A stretch of DNA of 64,000 nt from Dehalococcoidia bacterium (GTDB lineage Bacteria > Chloroflexota > Dehalococcoidia > Bin125). The stretch covers positions 896,001-960,000 of the forward strand of contig OY820591.1 in NCBI GenBank assembly GCA_963555985.3, written 5' to 3'. Shown here in pieces: positions 47,205-57,204 of the stretch; the first letter of the stretch is position 1; every line of letters starts with the position of its first letter. The notes below the pieces were generated by a model, which ran no database searches, was not told the origin of the DNA, and saw only the letters and a program-made list of their open reading frames with translations. The position numbers and the translations under genes were made by a program.

Positions 47205-48857
47205 ATGTTCGCACGAATATCGCGGCGTAGTTTGCTGAAGCGAGCGGCACGGAGCGGCGTTGGGCTTGGGGCGCTGGCGCTGATTGGGTGTGGCGGGGAG
47301 GAGGAACCACCGTCTGTTGAGACGACTCAGCCGACGCGGACGGAGCCGCAGCAGCAGGTGCAAGAGGACGAACCGGCGGCGCAGCCGGTGGCCGTGCAAC
47401 AGCAGACAGATCAGGAGCTTCAGGAGCAACCCCAGCCGGCTCCGGCGGAAGCTGAGTCGGAGGAGCCGGCGGCGCAAGCGGAACAGGCCCAGCAAACGCA
47501 GCAAGCGCAGCGGGTTCAGCAGGCGGATCAAGCGCAGGCGCAAAGCGGACGGCGCTCGCAACCGCAGGCGTCCCCTGAGCCGGAAGCGCGGCGACTGTTG
47601 ATCCCGGAAGTGAACGCGGAAGGGTATGAGTTGGAGGAGCCTGCGTTTGATCCGGTTGCGGGGGCTCGGGTCGATTACGGCGTGATTGACGGAGCCGGGT
47701 ACCGGATTGAACTGCCGGTGGAGTGGAACGGTGAGTTGCTGCTCTGGGCGCATGGATTTCGGGGGCTCAATGAGGACGGCGACGGGTTTGATCCGCGGCT
47801 CACGTTTGACGACTTGCCCGGCCGCGAGGCGATCATTGGGCTCGGCTACGGCTGGGCGACGAGCACATATCGGGCGAACGGGTATGTGCCCGGTCTGGGC
47901 GTGGACGACCTGCTCAAAGTGAAGGATCGGGTAGCGGAGATTGCGCGGCGTCCGAGCCGGACGTACTGCGTGGGCGGGTCGATGGGAGGCGCGACGGCGC
48001 AACTGATGGCGCAGGAGTTCCCGAGAGAGATTCAGGCGGCGGTCGCGTATTGCGGGGCGTTGGGGAACATTGCCGTGGTTGACTACATCGCTGCCTGGCA
48101 CCTGCTCGCGCACTGGTTCATCGGAGAGCCGCCGCAGCAAGTGAATGCGCAAGGGGTGATCGAGTGGTCTGCGCCGCTCGGAGTTCAAGAGGGCGACGAA
48201 CTTGCGCTGAGCGGGCTGGGCGAACAGTTTGCGGCGGTGATTGAGCGGTTCACGGGCGGGCCCCGCTGGGGCTTCCGCGAGGGCTTGGCGATGCAGTGGG
48301 AGATCTCGTTCGCGCTTGGCGCCACGCTCTGGCCGCAACTGCTGGCAAACGCTGATCCCGCGCCCGGCCAGACGCTTGCCGTCGCTGCGTCTGAGCTTCC
48401 GGCGGATACCACCCATCACCGCTACGAAGCGGCGGCTGCGAGCGAGCTCGGGCTCGACCTGGATCGGCTGAACGCCGAGGTAGTTCGGCTTGAGGCCGAT
48501 CCGGTGCGGCGAGCGGATCCGGGCGTGGGCGTGAGTACGGGCGAGTTGCGCGTGCCGCTGCTTGCGCTGAAGACGACCGGCGATCTGTTCACGCCGATCC
48601 ACCTAGATCGGGACTATCAGCAGCAGGTGCAGGCGGCGGGATTCGGGGACAGGTTGGTCGTACAGGCGGCGCGGCGTGCAGGGCATTGCAACTTCTCGGA
48701 GTCGGAGGCGTTTGGGGCGTTGACGCAGATGGTGACGTGGCTGAGTTTTGGGCTTGCGCCCGCTGGGGATGATTTGAGCGGGGATTTGCAGGAAGTTGGA
48801 GTGCGGTTCACGGATCCGTTTGATGCGGATGATCCGAAGGCTCCGGCGGAGAGTTGA
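47205..48857 (+). CDS. Tat-exported lipoprotein with Q/E/P linker and alpha/beta hydrolase domain
   Basis: SRRSLLK twin-Arg, LIGC lipobox; WAHG, GGSMGG and AGHC motifs. Confidence 0.8.
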   Translation: MFARISRRSLLKRAARSGVGLGALALIGCGGEEEPPSVETTQPTRTEPQQQVQEDEPAAQPVAVQQQTDQELQEQPQPAPAEAESEEPAAQAEQAQQTQQAQRVQQADQAQAQSGRRSQPQASPEPEARRLLIPEVNAEGYELEEPAFDPVAGARVDYGVIDGAGYRIELPVEWNGELLLWAHGFRGLNEDGDGFDPRLTFDDLPGREAIIGLGYGWATSTYRANGYVPGLGVDDLLKVKDRVAEIARRPSRTYCVGGSMGGATAQLMAQEFPREIQAAVAYCGALGNIAVVDYIAAWHLLAHWFIGEPPQQVNAQGVIEWSAPLGVQEGDELALSGLGEQFAAVIERFTGGPRWGFREGLAMQWEISFALGATLWPQLLANADPAPGQTLAVAASELPADTTHHRYEAAAASELGLDLDRLNAEVVRLEADPVRRADPGVGVSTGELRVPLLALKTTGDLFTPIHLDRDYQQQVQAAGFGDRLVVQAARRAGHCNFSESEAFGALTQMVTWLSFGLAPAGDDLSGDLQEVGVRFTDPFDADDPKAPAES

Positions 48858-48867
48858 GAGACGTCTC

Positions 48868-49120
48868 ACCCCCTTTGCCCCTACGGGGCATCTATCCCTC
48901 AAGGAGAGTTGCGCGTAAATCACATTCCCGTTGCTCTCGTCATTCCAGCGAACGCTGGAATCTCGCTCCGACCAGATAACCCGCAATTCCGGACGAGATT
49001 CCAGGTCAAGCCTGGAATGACGGAATCCGCGATTACGCGCAAGTCTCCTCAAAGGGGAGATTGATAGAGGATTACGTGCATGTCTTCTACAGCACATCTC
49101 CCCTCGCGCAATGGGAGGGG
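48868..49120. repeat. Cluster of REP-like elements including an inverted dRS3-like pair
   Basis: GTCATTCCAGCGAACGCTGGAATCT ... AGATTCCAGGTCAAGCCTGGAATGAC; family A halves at 48868, 49044 and 49094. Confidence 0.75.
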
Positions 49121-49217
49121 AGGAGGATTTGCCGCCGGCGACGGCGAGAGGAGAGGCGCTGCTACGATCTTTGCATCATTGGCGGAGCGCAACGCGCTTG
49201 GCGCAGGGAGTGAATCT

Positions 49218-49559
49218 ATGCCTGAGGACACGATTGAGGTGAGCGTGCGGATGGCGGATCGGGGTGAGGTGGGGTACCGGATGGTGTCGGCCTCGATTAG
49301 CAGCCGCGAGGGCTCGCTGGCGGGCGCGCCGGTGGAGTTTGTGATCGTCGACGGTCCCGGGACGTTGGCTTCGGCGGGCGGACGCGAGCGCACGGTCGAC
49401 TCGGACGAGTGGGGGATTGCGGAGGTGAACTGGTACCCGGAGCAGCATCCGCGCTCTTCACCCGAGGCCGAGGTAGTGCAGACGGTGATGATTCGAGCGG
49501 TGTGTGAGACCGCGGCGGGAGTGTCGCTGAATGTGGCTTCGCCGTTGTGGAAGCACTAG
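49218..49559 (+). CDS. Hypothetical beta-rich (Ig-like) protein
   Basis: GGGAG RBS; GAPVEF...GPGTL...SDEWGIAEVNW. Confidence 0.6.
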   Translation: MPEDTIEVSVRMADRGEVGYRMVSASISSREGSLAGAPVEFVIVDGPGTLASAGGRERTVDSDEWGIAEVNWYPEQHPRSSPEAEVVQTVMIRAVCETAAGVSLNVASPLWKH

Positions 49560-49601
49560 GGGTGAGTTTCGGCGGCTGAGTAGCGTAGCTTGGGGCGTGT
49601 G

Positions 49602-50348
49602 ATGGAGCGCGAATCGCAACGTCCCGATCCCGAACTGCCGGCCTGGATGCAGAAAATTCCCCAGGCCGATCCGGTCGTCGTGCTTGGGATCGCGCCGACG
49701 GTGCTGTACATCCTGATCGATCGGCTGATCGATACCCGCCCGGCGATCGCCGTTTGCGTCGTCTCCGCGATCGCCGTCTTCCTCTACCAACGCCGCAAAC
49801 TGCCCCGCACCAGCGTCGTCTTTCTGCTCGGCGTGCTCGGTTCGATCTTGATGATCATCACCGGGATCCTGGGGCTGATCGAAGACAGCGACAAGACGTT
49901 TTGGACGTTTGATCCGATCGAAGACTTCATTGTCGGCGGCATCTTCTTGATCAGTGTGCTGGTCGGTCGTCCGATTGTGAGCTCGGTCGTGCGCGAGCTC
50001 TTTCCCAGCTTGCGTGAGCGTGTCCCCGCGCGTCACCGCGTGTGGACGCTGATCACGGTGGTCTGGGGTGTCAAGATTCTGGCGACCGGGTTCTTTCGGC
50101 TGTGGTTCCTGGATGTGCTCGAGGATGGACTCGATGTCTGGATTCTGGGTACTTGGGACGTATCCGACTGGGCCTGGCTGCGCACGGTGACCGGCGGCGG
50201 GGTCAACGTCGTGCTCTTTATCTGGACCGTCCATCGCCTGCGCGCCGCCTCGCGGCAACTGGCGATCGCCGAAGGTCGCGCGCACCGCCCAGACAGTTCA
50301 GACGACTCCGGCGAAGTGGTCGCGGAGACCGAGGTCGTCGAACGCTGA
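49602..50348 (+). CDS. Membrane protein, YciB/DUF3159-like
   Basis: 5-6 TM segments; FLISVLVGRP and ITVVWG. Confidence 0.65.
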   Translation: MERESQRPDPELPAWMQKIPQADPVVVLGIAPTVLYILIDRLIDTRPAIAVCVVSAIAVFLYQRRKLPRTSVVFLLGVLGSILMIITGILGLIEDSDKTFWTFDPIEDFIVGGIFLISVLVGRPIVSSVVRELFPSLRERVPARHRVWTLITVVWGVKILATGFFRLWFLDVLEDGLDVWILGTWDVSDWAWLRTVTGGGVNVVLFIWTVHRLRAASRQLAIAEGRAHRPDSSDDSGEVVAETEVVER

Positions 50349-51383
50349 GCGGAACCAGTCGATCACCTCGGGGTGATAAGGAATGCCGCGCTCGGCGCGG
50401 TCGATCTCCTGCTCGTGCTCTTCCAGACCGGCGTAGATCACGCGCTCTTCGCCCGGCGCGGGCTTGGTTTCGCGCAGCGCCTTGAGATACTCGTCCATGT
50501 GCTGCTTGAACTCGTCGACGTCGGTGAAGGCGCCGATGTTGAAGACCGTGAAGTGGTGTCCGGTGCCGTTGAAGCGCTGGAGCGCGGTGCCGGCGTTGGC
50601 CATGATCCCGGAGAGGATGTCGATCGACATCGCCAGGCTGTAGCCCTTGTGCGAGCCGATCTCGCGGGTCCCGCCGAGCGGGAGCATGAGGAACTCGTCG
50701 GGTACCGGCCCGCCCTCCATCATCGGCGCGCCGTCGGCAGTGGCGACCCAGCCCGGGAGCAGGTCTTCGCCCAGGCGCTGAGCGAGTCGAATCTTGTTAC
50801 CGGCGACGCTGGACATCGAGGCGTCGAAGATGAAGGGCGGCTCCTGGTCGGCAGGGGCGGCGATCGAGAGCGGGTTGAGGCCGACTTTGGCTTCGGCCCC
50901 GTGAGTCGGCGCGACCATCAGGCCGCCGACAGTCATCGAGAGGCCGATCATGTCGTGGGGGATCGCCATTTGGGCGTGATAGGCAGCCGCGCCGAAGTGG
51001 CCGCCGTTGTTGCAGACGACCGTGGCGACGCCGCACTGTTGAGCCTTGTCGATGGCGAGTTCCATCGCCTGCGGCCCGATCGTGAGGCCGAGGCCGTTGT
51101 CGGAGTCGATCGTGGCGGCGGCGGGAGCGTCGCGTTCCAGCTTCCAGTTGGGCGTGGGGTTGATATCGCCGCTTTTGAGTCCGGCGACGTAGAAGCGGAG
51201 CATGTTGGAGACGCCGTGGGAATCGATCCCGCGCAGGTCGGCGTAGAGCAGGGTGTCGGTCGAGCGGGCGGCGTCGTCTTCGGGCATTCCCAGGCGGGTG
51301 AAGATCTCGTGCACGGCGCCGCGCACGGCGTCGCCGGGGACGCGGACGGCGATGTCGTCGGGGACTGCGAATTGCTTGAGCAT
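50298..51383 (-). CDS. Ldh_2 family (malate/lactate/ureidoglycolate-type) oxidoreductase
   Basis: ADLRGIDSHG, HFGAA, NPLSIAAP and HKGYSLA motifs. Confidence 0.9.
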   Translation of the reverse strand: MLKQFAVPDDIAVRVPGDAVRGAVHEIFTRLGMPEDDAARSTDTLLYADLRGIDSHGVSNMLRFYVAGLKSGDINPTPNWKLERDAPAAATIDSDNGLGLTIGPQAMELAIDKAQQCGVATVVCNNGGHFGAAAYHAQMAIPHDMIGLSMTVGGLMVAPTHGAEAKVGLNPLSIAAPADQEPPFIFDASMSSVAGNKIRLAQRLGEDLLPGWVATADGAPMMEGGPVPDEFLMLPLGGTREIGSHKGYSLAMSIDILSGIMANAGTALQRFNGTGHHFTVFNIGAFTDVDEFKQHMDEYLKALRETKPAPGEERVIYAGLEEHEQEIDRAERGIPYHPEVIDWFRSAFDDLGLRDHFAGVV

Positions 51384-51625
51384 TGGGGTCTCCTTGGGCG
51401 GCGGGCGTGATTGCGGTTTCGCGCAGGGTAATAGGCGTTCGGGTTGGGCTTGGGATTGTTAACTGTGTGTAGCTGGCGGGGGTGTTTGGGGTTGGTTTGG
51501 GGGAGTTGTGTGTGGCGCTTCACAATCGGAATTCCGCCGATCGGGCGGGCGGCGGCATACGTTGAAATCAGCGGTTGACGAGCGAGCGACCGCGCTACCG
51601 GTCAAGTCCTGAAAGGACAGTTGCC

Positions 51626-51859
51626 ATGCATCCCTTCCCGATCAGTCCCTACAGCGGCCGCAGCGGCCGTCCGCATCCGCGCTGGGCGGTGGAGCGCGAC
51701 TGGGAGATCCAGCAGCAGCTCCAGCGCGAGAAGTCGCGTCGCCTCGTCTCCACGCTGGCGGCTCGACTCGCAAGTCTCGTGCGCGAGCCGAATCGCCCCG
51801 CCATCCCCGGCGAGGTGATTCCCGCCACCATCCCGGTCGCCTGGTTCCGCCCGAGCTAA
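51626..51859 (+). CDS. Small hypothetical protein
   Basis: AAAGGA RBS and ATG; 77 aa. Confidence 0.45.
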   Translation: MHPFPISPYSGRSGRPHPRWAVERDWEIQQQLQREKSRRLVSTLAARLASLVREPNRPAIPGEVIPATIPVAWFRPS

Positions 51860-51882
51860 CGCTTGCGGTCTCCCTCTTCCGA

Positions 51883-51918
51883 TCCCCTCTCCCTCTGGGA
51901 GAGGGTGAGGGTGAGGGC
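51883..51918. repeat. REP-like palindrome
   Basis: CCCTCTCCCTCTGGGAGAGGGTGAGGGTGAGGG. Confidence 0.6.
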
Positions 51919-52093
51919 CAAGACGCTCCGACCAACCCCCAACATCCACACGCCGCCCACGCGCGGCCGATCGCAACGATCGGCCGCGCGTTGGGTTAAG
52001 CGAACCCGCTGGTACACTGCCAAGCGCGTAGCAGACAGACGCAAATTCGCTTGCGCCGCAGGTGACGGCGTTGCCCATTCGAGAGGACGCGCG

Positions 52094-52516
52094 GTGGCTG
52101 ATTACAACAAGCCAATTCCCGATCCCGACCCTGTCTCTCAGCCCTTCTGGGACGGAGCCAAAGAAGGGAAGCTGATGCTTCCCCGTTGCTCCGATTGCAA
52201 CCGGGTCCACTGGTACCCACGCACGATCTGCCCGCTCTGCCACACCACCAACATCGAGTGGATTGAGGCGACCGGACGCGGCACGATCCACACCTTCGCC
52301 GTCCAGCACAACCGCAACCTGGTCGCCCGCGGCTGGGGCGACGAAGTGCCCTACGTCACCGCCTACATCGACCTCGCCGAGGGCGACCGGATGCTGACCG
52401 TGCTCAAGGGCGTCGACCCCAACGACCCCGATTCGATCCAGATCGGCGCTCCCGTCCAGATCGAGTTCGAAGAAGCCTCCGAAGACGTCCACATCCCCTT
52501 CTGGCGGCCTGTCTAG
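52094..52516 (+). CDS. Zn-ribbon/OB-fold (DUF35/ChsH2-like) protein
   Basis: PFWDG...CSDC...YPRTICPLC...GRGTIHTF. Confidence 0.9.
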   Translation: MADYNKPIPDPDPVSQPFWDGAKEGKLMLPRCSDCNRVHWYPRTICPLCHTTNIEWIEATGRGTIHTFAVQHNRNLVARGWGDEVPYVTAYIDLAEGDRMLTVLKGVDPNDPDSIQIGAPVQIEFEEASEDVHIPFWRPV

Positions 52517-52559
52517 GCCCAGCCCAACCACAGCACTCAGGAACAATCAGGAGCACACT

Positions 52560-53828
52560 ATGCCTGGTGAAGCATCAAAGGCCGCCGCGATCATCGGCGC
52601 TGCCGAAGCCAACGACATCGGCTACCCGACCACCCCGAAGTCGTCTCTCCAACTGCACATCGAAGCGATCAAGAACGTCTGCGACATGACCGGGATTCCG
52701 ATCCGGGCCATCGACGGCATCTTCTCCGCAGGCTGGTCGCCGCAACTCGCCGAGTACCTCGGTCTGCATCCCAAGTACATCGACACCACCTCGGTCGGCG
52801 GCTGCTCGTTCGAGATGCACGTCCACCACGCGCTCTGCGCGATCCACGCCGGCGTGATCGACGTGGCCCTCGTCTCCCACGGCGAGATGGGCTTCAGCCA
52901 GCGCTTCACTCGAGGCAGGGGCACCGGACGCCCCTTCGGCGGCGGAGATCCCTGGGACCCGGGCGTACAGCACACAAGCGCCTACGGTCTCGGCGGCGCG
53001 CCGACCGGCTACTCCCACGCGATGAACCGGCACATGCACCGCTACGGCACCACCCAGGAAGACTTCGCCGAGATCGCCGTCGTCACCCGCGAGTGGGCCA
53101 CCCTCAACCCGCGCGCGGTCATGTACCGCAAGGCCGGCGAGGGCGACTTGCCCCCGCTGGAGCAGGGCGAATGGGGCGGCGGCAAGCGCGGTCACACCTT
53201 CGGCGGCCCGATCACCGTTGACACGGTGATGAACTCCCGCGCCATCTCCTGGCCGATCAAGCTGCTCGATGTCTGCCTGGTCACCGACCACGGCGGTGCA
53301 GTCCTGATCACCGGCCCTGAGATCGCCAAGACCTCGAAGACGCCGCCGGTCTGGATCGCAGGCGCGGGTGAGTCGATCTCGCACTGGAACATGCTCGAGA
53401 TGGACGATTTCACCGCCACCTCAGCCTCGCGCTCCGCGACTGCGGCCTACAAGATGGCCGGCATGGGCCCCGAGGACATGGAACTGGCCATGATCTACGA
53501 CTCGTTCACGGTCACCGCCGGGATCACCGCCGAGATGCTCGGTCTCGCGCCCGCCGGCGAAGGCCCCGCGCTCTGGAAGGATCGCCACGCCGCCCCGGGC
53601 GGACGCTTGCCGATCAACACCAACGGCGGCGGACTCAGCTTCAACCACTCCGGCATGTACGGGATGCAACTGCTGGTCGAGGCCTACCGCCAGCTCTCCG
53701 GCACCGCCGAAGACGGCGGCTTCTCCGGAGACCCCGGCAAGCAAACCAGCGCCCGCAGCTGCGTCGTCAACGGCACCGGCGGCACACTCTCCACCACCGG
53801 CACCCTGGTCCTCGTCTCCGACGACTAG
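52560..53828 (+). CDS. SCP2-type thiolase-family protein (Ltp2-like)
   Basis: VGGCS, NPRA, IYDSFT and NTNGGGLS motifs; paired with DUF35 gene. Confidence 0.88.
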   Translation: MPGEASKAAAIIGAAEANDIGYPTTPKSSLQLHIEAIKNVCDMTGIPIRAIDGIFSAGWSPQLAEYLGLHPKYIDTTSVGGCSFEMHVHHALCAIHAGVIDVALVSHGEMGFSQRFTRGRGTGRPFGGGDPWDPGVQHTSAYGLGGAPTGYSHAMNRHMHRYGTTQEDFAEIAVVTREWATLNPRAVMYRKAGEGDLPPLEQGEWGGGKRGHTFGGPITVDTVMNSRAISWPIKLLDVCLVTDHGGAVLITGPEIAKTSKTPPVWIAGAGESISHWNMLEMDDFTATSASRSATAAYKMAGMGPEDMELAMIYDSFTVTAGITAEMLGLAPAGEGPALWKDRHAAPGGRLPINTNGGGLSFNHSGMYGMQLLVEAYRQLSGTAEDGGFSGDPGKQTSARSCVVNGTGGTLSTTGTLVLVSDD

Positions 53829-53893
53829 GGAACTTCCAGCCCAGACACCCAGCGAGGACTCCCGCAGCAAACCTGCGCGGGAGTCGATGAATC

Positions 53894-53925
53894 CGTCATA
53901 CCCGCGGCAAGCGCGGGTATGACGG
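53894..53925. repeat. REP-like family B, symmetric form
   Basis: CCGTCATACCCGCGGCAAGCGCGGGTATGACGG. Confidence 0.75.
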
Positions 53926-54007
53926 AGCTTTGATTCACGCATCGCCCCCTACACGGGCGGCCTCGTTCGTCTACCTTGCCGCGAACGAGATCGGGAAAGG
54001 ACTGGCG

Positions 54008-54418
54008 ATGTCGAACGCCTCATCGGAGCATGATCACAACACCAAACAGGGAATCACCTTCGTCTGGGCGCTCTTGCTCGTCGCCATGATCGTCCTCGTG
54101 GCCGTGATTGCCGGCAGCGAAGTCGCCGGAGACATCGTCGCTAGCCAAGTCGAGGCGCTGGCAGCTGGTTCGGTCAACGCGATCGGCCTCGTCGCAATCG
54201 GCGGGATCAACGCCATCGGCGTGATCTCGCTCGGCCTGGTCAACTCGATCGGCGTGGTCGCCATCGGCGGCGTCAATAGCCTCGGACTGATTTCGATCGG
54301 CGGGATCAACAGCGGCGGCATCATCGCGATCGGCGGTGTCAACAACTACTCCCTGATCTGGGGCTACTGGGGCGCGACGATCTTCACCTGGTCGCCAAAG
54401 ATCGGATTTCGCTACTAA
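54008..54418 (+). CDS. Membrane protein with 11-aa Gly/Ile/Asn repeats
   Basis: TM helix then about five GGxNxIGxxAI units; AAGGA RBS. Confidence 0.7.
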   Translation: MSNASSEHDHNTKQGITFVWALLLVAMIVLVAVIAGSEVAGDIVASQVEALAAGSVNAIGLVAIGGINAIGVISLGLVNSIGVVAIGGVNSLGLISIGGINSGGIIAIGGVNNYSLIWGYWGATIFTWSPKIGFRY

Positions 54419-54464
54419 CGCACTCCAGCCGACCGTCGGGCTGTGTGTTAACCTTCTGAGAGAG

Positions 54465-54558
54465 TCAAGCCGGGGTGGTCCGACCGTCAAGCGACGGGAA
54501 CAGGGCCTGAGAACACACCCGCCGAACCTGATCCGGATAATGCCGGCGCAGGGAGCGC
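54465..54558 (+). ncRNA. TPP riboswitch
   Basis: GGGGTG...CTGAGA..ACCC..GAACCTGATCCGGATAATGCCGGCGCAGGGA upstream of the thi operon. Confidence 0.95.
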
Positions 54559-54614
54559 ACCAAACTTCAGGCCCGCCCGAACGACCGCCGACCGCCCCGC
54601 TGCGGAGCGAAGCC

Positions 54615-55427
54615 GTGCGCGTCATGCTCTCCATCGCAGGTTCCGATTCCTCCGCCGGCGCCGGCATCCAGGCCGACCTCAAAGCCGCCTCCCAGTTCTA
54701 CGGCTGCTATTGCGCCACCATAATCACCGCAATCACCGCCCAGAACACGCTCGGCGTGCAGGACGCCTACCAACTGCCCACCTGGATCGTGCGCGCCCAG
54801 ATCGAATCGGTCTTCTCCGACCTCAACGTCGCCGCCGTCAAGACGGGAATGCTTGGCGACTCCGAAATGATCAACGCCGTCGCCGACGAATTAAGCGAAC
54901 GTCAACCGCCGAAGATCGTGGTCGATCCGGTCATGATCTCCAAGACCGGCTTCGCCCTGCTCGCGGACGACGCCGTGGACACCTTCAAAAGGCGGATGCT
55001 GCCCCTGGCGACTTTGATCACGCCCAACACGCATGAAGCCGAGCGGCTGACCGGGATTGCGGTGCAGTCCGTCGCAGACGCCAAGCGCGCAGGCGCAGCA
55101 CTGCTCGAGCTGGGCGCCAACGCTGCATTGGTCAAGGGCGGACACTTAGAGGAGTCTCCCGGCACGGACGTCCTGGTCACTCCGGACGGCACGCACCTGA
55201 TCGAGCGCGAGTGGATCGACACCAAGCACACCCATGGCACCGGTTGTACCTATGCCTCCGCCATTGCCGCGCGCCTCGCCTACGACTGGAATCTGGACCT
55301 GTACGAGAGCGTGATGGATGCCAAGTACTGGCTGACCGAAGCAATCCGCTACGGCCTCGACCTGGGCCACGGCGTCGGCCCCACCCAGCCCTTCTGGGGT
55401 CAGGAATGGGGACCCTGGAACGACTGA
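54615..55427 (+). CDS. thiD: Hydroxymethylpyrimidine/phosphomethylpyrimidine kinase
   Basis: IAGSDSSAGAGIQADLK, KTGML and THGTGC motifs. Confidence 0.96.
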   Translation: MRVMLSIAGSDSSAGAGIQADLKAASQFYGCYCATIITAITAQNTLGVQDAYQLPTWIVRAQIESVFSDLNVAAVKTGMLGDSEMINAVADELSERQPPKIVVDPVMISKTGFALLADDAVDTFKRRMLPLATLITPNTHEAERLTGIAVQSVADAKRAGAALLELGANAALVKGGHLEESPGTDVLVTPDGTHLIEREWIDTKHTHGTGCTYASAIAARLAYDWNLDLYESVMDAKYWLTEAIRYGLDLGHGVGPTQPFWGQEWGPWND

Positions 55428-56071
55428 TGACTGCAAAAGAGCTTGGCCGCCTCCACATCATCACCGACGAGGTGCTACAGACGAGGTTTTCGCATGTCGA
55501 GCTTGCGGCGGCAGCCGCGTCCGGCGGCGCGGACATAATCCAGTACCGCGAAAAGCGGCCGACCTCGACGCGGGAGCTGATGCGAGTAGCCGTGCTGATG
55601 AGTCTGGCCTGCCGGGAGTTTGGGACGACGATGCTGATTGACGATCGGGTTGACGTGGCCGCCGCCGTCGGCGCAACCGCAGTCCACCTGGGCCGCGACG
55701 ACCTGCCGCCCTACGTCGCCCGCCAGATCCTCGGCCCCGACGCGATCATCGGAGGTACCGCCAACTCGGTTGAGGAGGCGGTGAAGGTGGCGAAACAACC
55801 AGTGGACTACCTCGGCATCGGCCCCGTCTTCGGTACGACCTCGAAGGGCAATCGGGCCGCGCCGATGCTGGGATTGGAGCGCTTTGCCGAGATCTGCGAT
55901 GCGGTCGACAAGCCCGTGATCGGTATCGGCGCAATCACCGCCGAACGCATCGCCGATGTCCTCGCGGCCGGCGCATACGGCGTCGCCGTGCTGTCGGCGG
56001 TGACCTGCGCCGAGAATCCCGAAGCAGCGACGCGGGCCTGCGCGGACGCCGTAGCGGAGGCGTTGTCGTGA
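55427..56071 (+). CDS. thiE: Thiamine phosphate synthase
   Basis: IQYREK, DDRVDVA, VHLGRDD and GPVFGTTSK motifs. Confidence 0.93.
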   Translation: MTAKELGRLHIITDEVLQTRFSHVELAAAAASGGADIIQYREKRPTSTRELMRVAVLMSLACREFGTTMLIDDRVDVAAAVGATAVHLGRDDLPPYVARQILGPDAIIGGTANSVEEAVKVAKQPVDYLGIGPVFGTTSKGNRAAPMLGLERFAEICDAVDKPVIGIGAITAERIADVLAAGAYGVAVLSAVTCAENPEAATRACADAVAEALS

Positions 56072-57204
56072 GCCGGATCGCAATCGTCGGCGGCGGCGCC
56101 ATCGGGCTCGCCTGCGCGTTCGAGTTGGCCCGGCGCGAATATCCAGTAACCGTGATCGAGCGCGGATCGTTCGGCTCAGGCACCTCCTCCACGGCGGCGG
56201 GGATGCTCGCGCCGTCGTCGGAGGTAGAGCGCACGCACGAGTCGCTGATCGCGCTCCAGCTGGACAGCCTGGGTCGCTATCCGCAGTTCATCGCCGGCAT
56301 CGAGGAGATTTCGGGACGCGAAACCGGCTACCGCGACGAAGGCACGCTCTGGGCCTCGCGCCACCGAGACGACGAGCTCGAGCTGGATCACCTGCTCACA
56401 ATTCAGCAATCGCGCGGGATGTCGGCGCGGCGTCTGACGGCGCGAGAGACGCGGGCGCTGGAGCCGCATCTCAGCCCGCGCGTGATCGGCGGACTGCTGG
56501 TTGAGGGCGATACGCAGGTCGATGGCCGCAAGCTGGTCCCCGCGTTGGCAGCTGCCTGCGCGGCGCTGGGCGTCGAATTGGTGGGCGGGACACAGGTATC
56601 GCGGGTAAAGCCGTCCGGCGGCGCGTTCGAGTTGAGCTTGGCGTCGGGGGACACAGAGAATTCGCGCACCTTCGAGCAGGTCGTGCTGGCTGCCGGAGTC
56701 TGGCTGGAAGACGGTCTCGTGACGCCCCTGCCGACGCTCGGGATGCGACCGGTCAAAGGCCAGATCGTGCGGTTGCGCGGCGAACCGCTGACCGATCACG
56801 TCCTGCGCACGCCGGATATCTACATCATCCCCCGCCGCGACGGCGAGTTGCTGCTGGGCGCCTCGGAAGAAGAGATGGGCTGGGACACCTCGGCCACCGC
56901 CGGCACCACACTCGATCTGTTGCGCTACGGCTTCGAGGTGCTGCCCGGCATCTACGATCTCAGCATCACCGAGCTGGACGTCGGGCTGCGTCCGACGGTC
57001 GCCGATCACATGCCCGTGATCGGGGAATCGCCGACGCCGGGCGTCTATGTCGCCTCCGCCCACTATCGTCACGGCATCCTGCTCGCGCCGGCCACGGCCT
57101 ACTGGTTGGCGGAGCTGATTGCGACCGGCAGCGTGCCGTCGGAACTGTCCGCGTTCAGCGTGGAGCGCTTCACCGGCGTCCAAACAGCAGGAGTGGCGCG
57201 ATGA
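56068..57204 (+). CDS. thiO: Glycine oxidase
   Basis: VGGGAIG, AAGMLAP, PVKGQ and HYRHGILLAP motifs. Confidence 0.92.
   Translation: MSRIAIVGGGAIGLACAFELARREYPVTVIERGSFGSGTSSTAAGMLAPSSEVERTHESLIALQLDSLGRYPQFIAGIEEISGRETGYRDEGTLWASRHRDDELELDHLLTIQQSRGMSARRLTARETRALEPHLSPRVIGGLLVEGDTQVDGRKLVPALAAACAALGVELVGGTQVSRVKPSGGAFELSLASGDTENSRTFEQVVLAAGVWLEDGLVTPLPTLGMRPVKGQIVRLRGEPLTDHVLRTPDIYIIPRRDGELLLGASEEEMGWDTSATAGTTLDLLRYGFEVLPGIYDLSITELDVGLRPTVADHMPVIGESPTPGVYVASAHYRHGILLAPATAYWLAELIATGSVPSELSAFSVERFTGVQTAGVAR

Noticed and set aside
47330-47590. Q/E/A/P low-complexity tract as a repeat element
   Set aside because: Ordinary disordered lipoprotein linker
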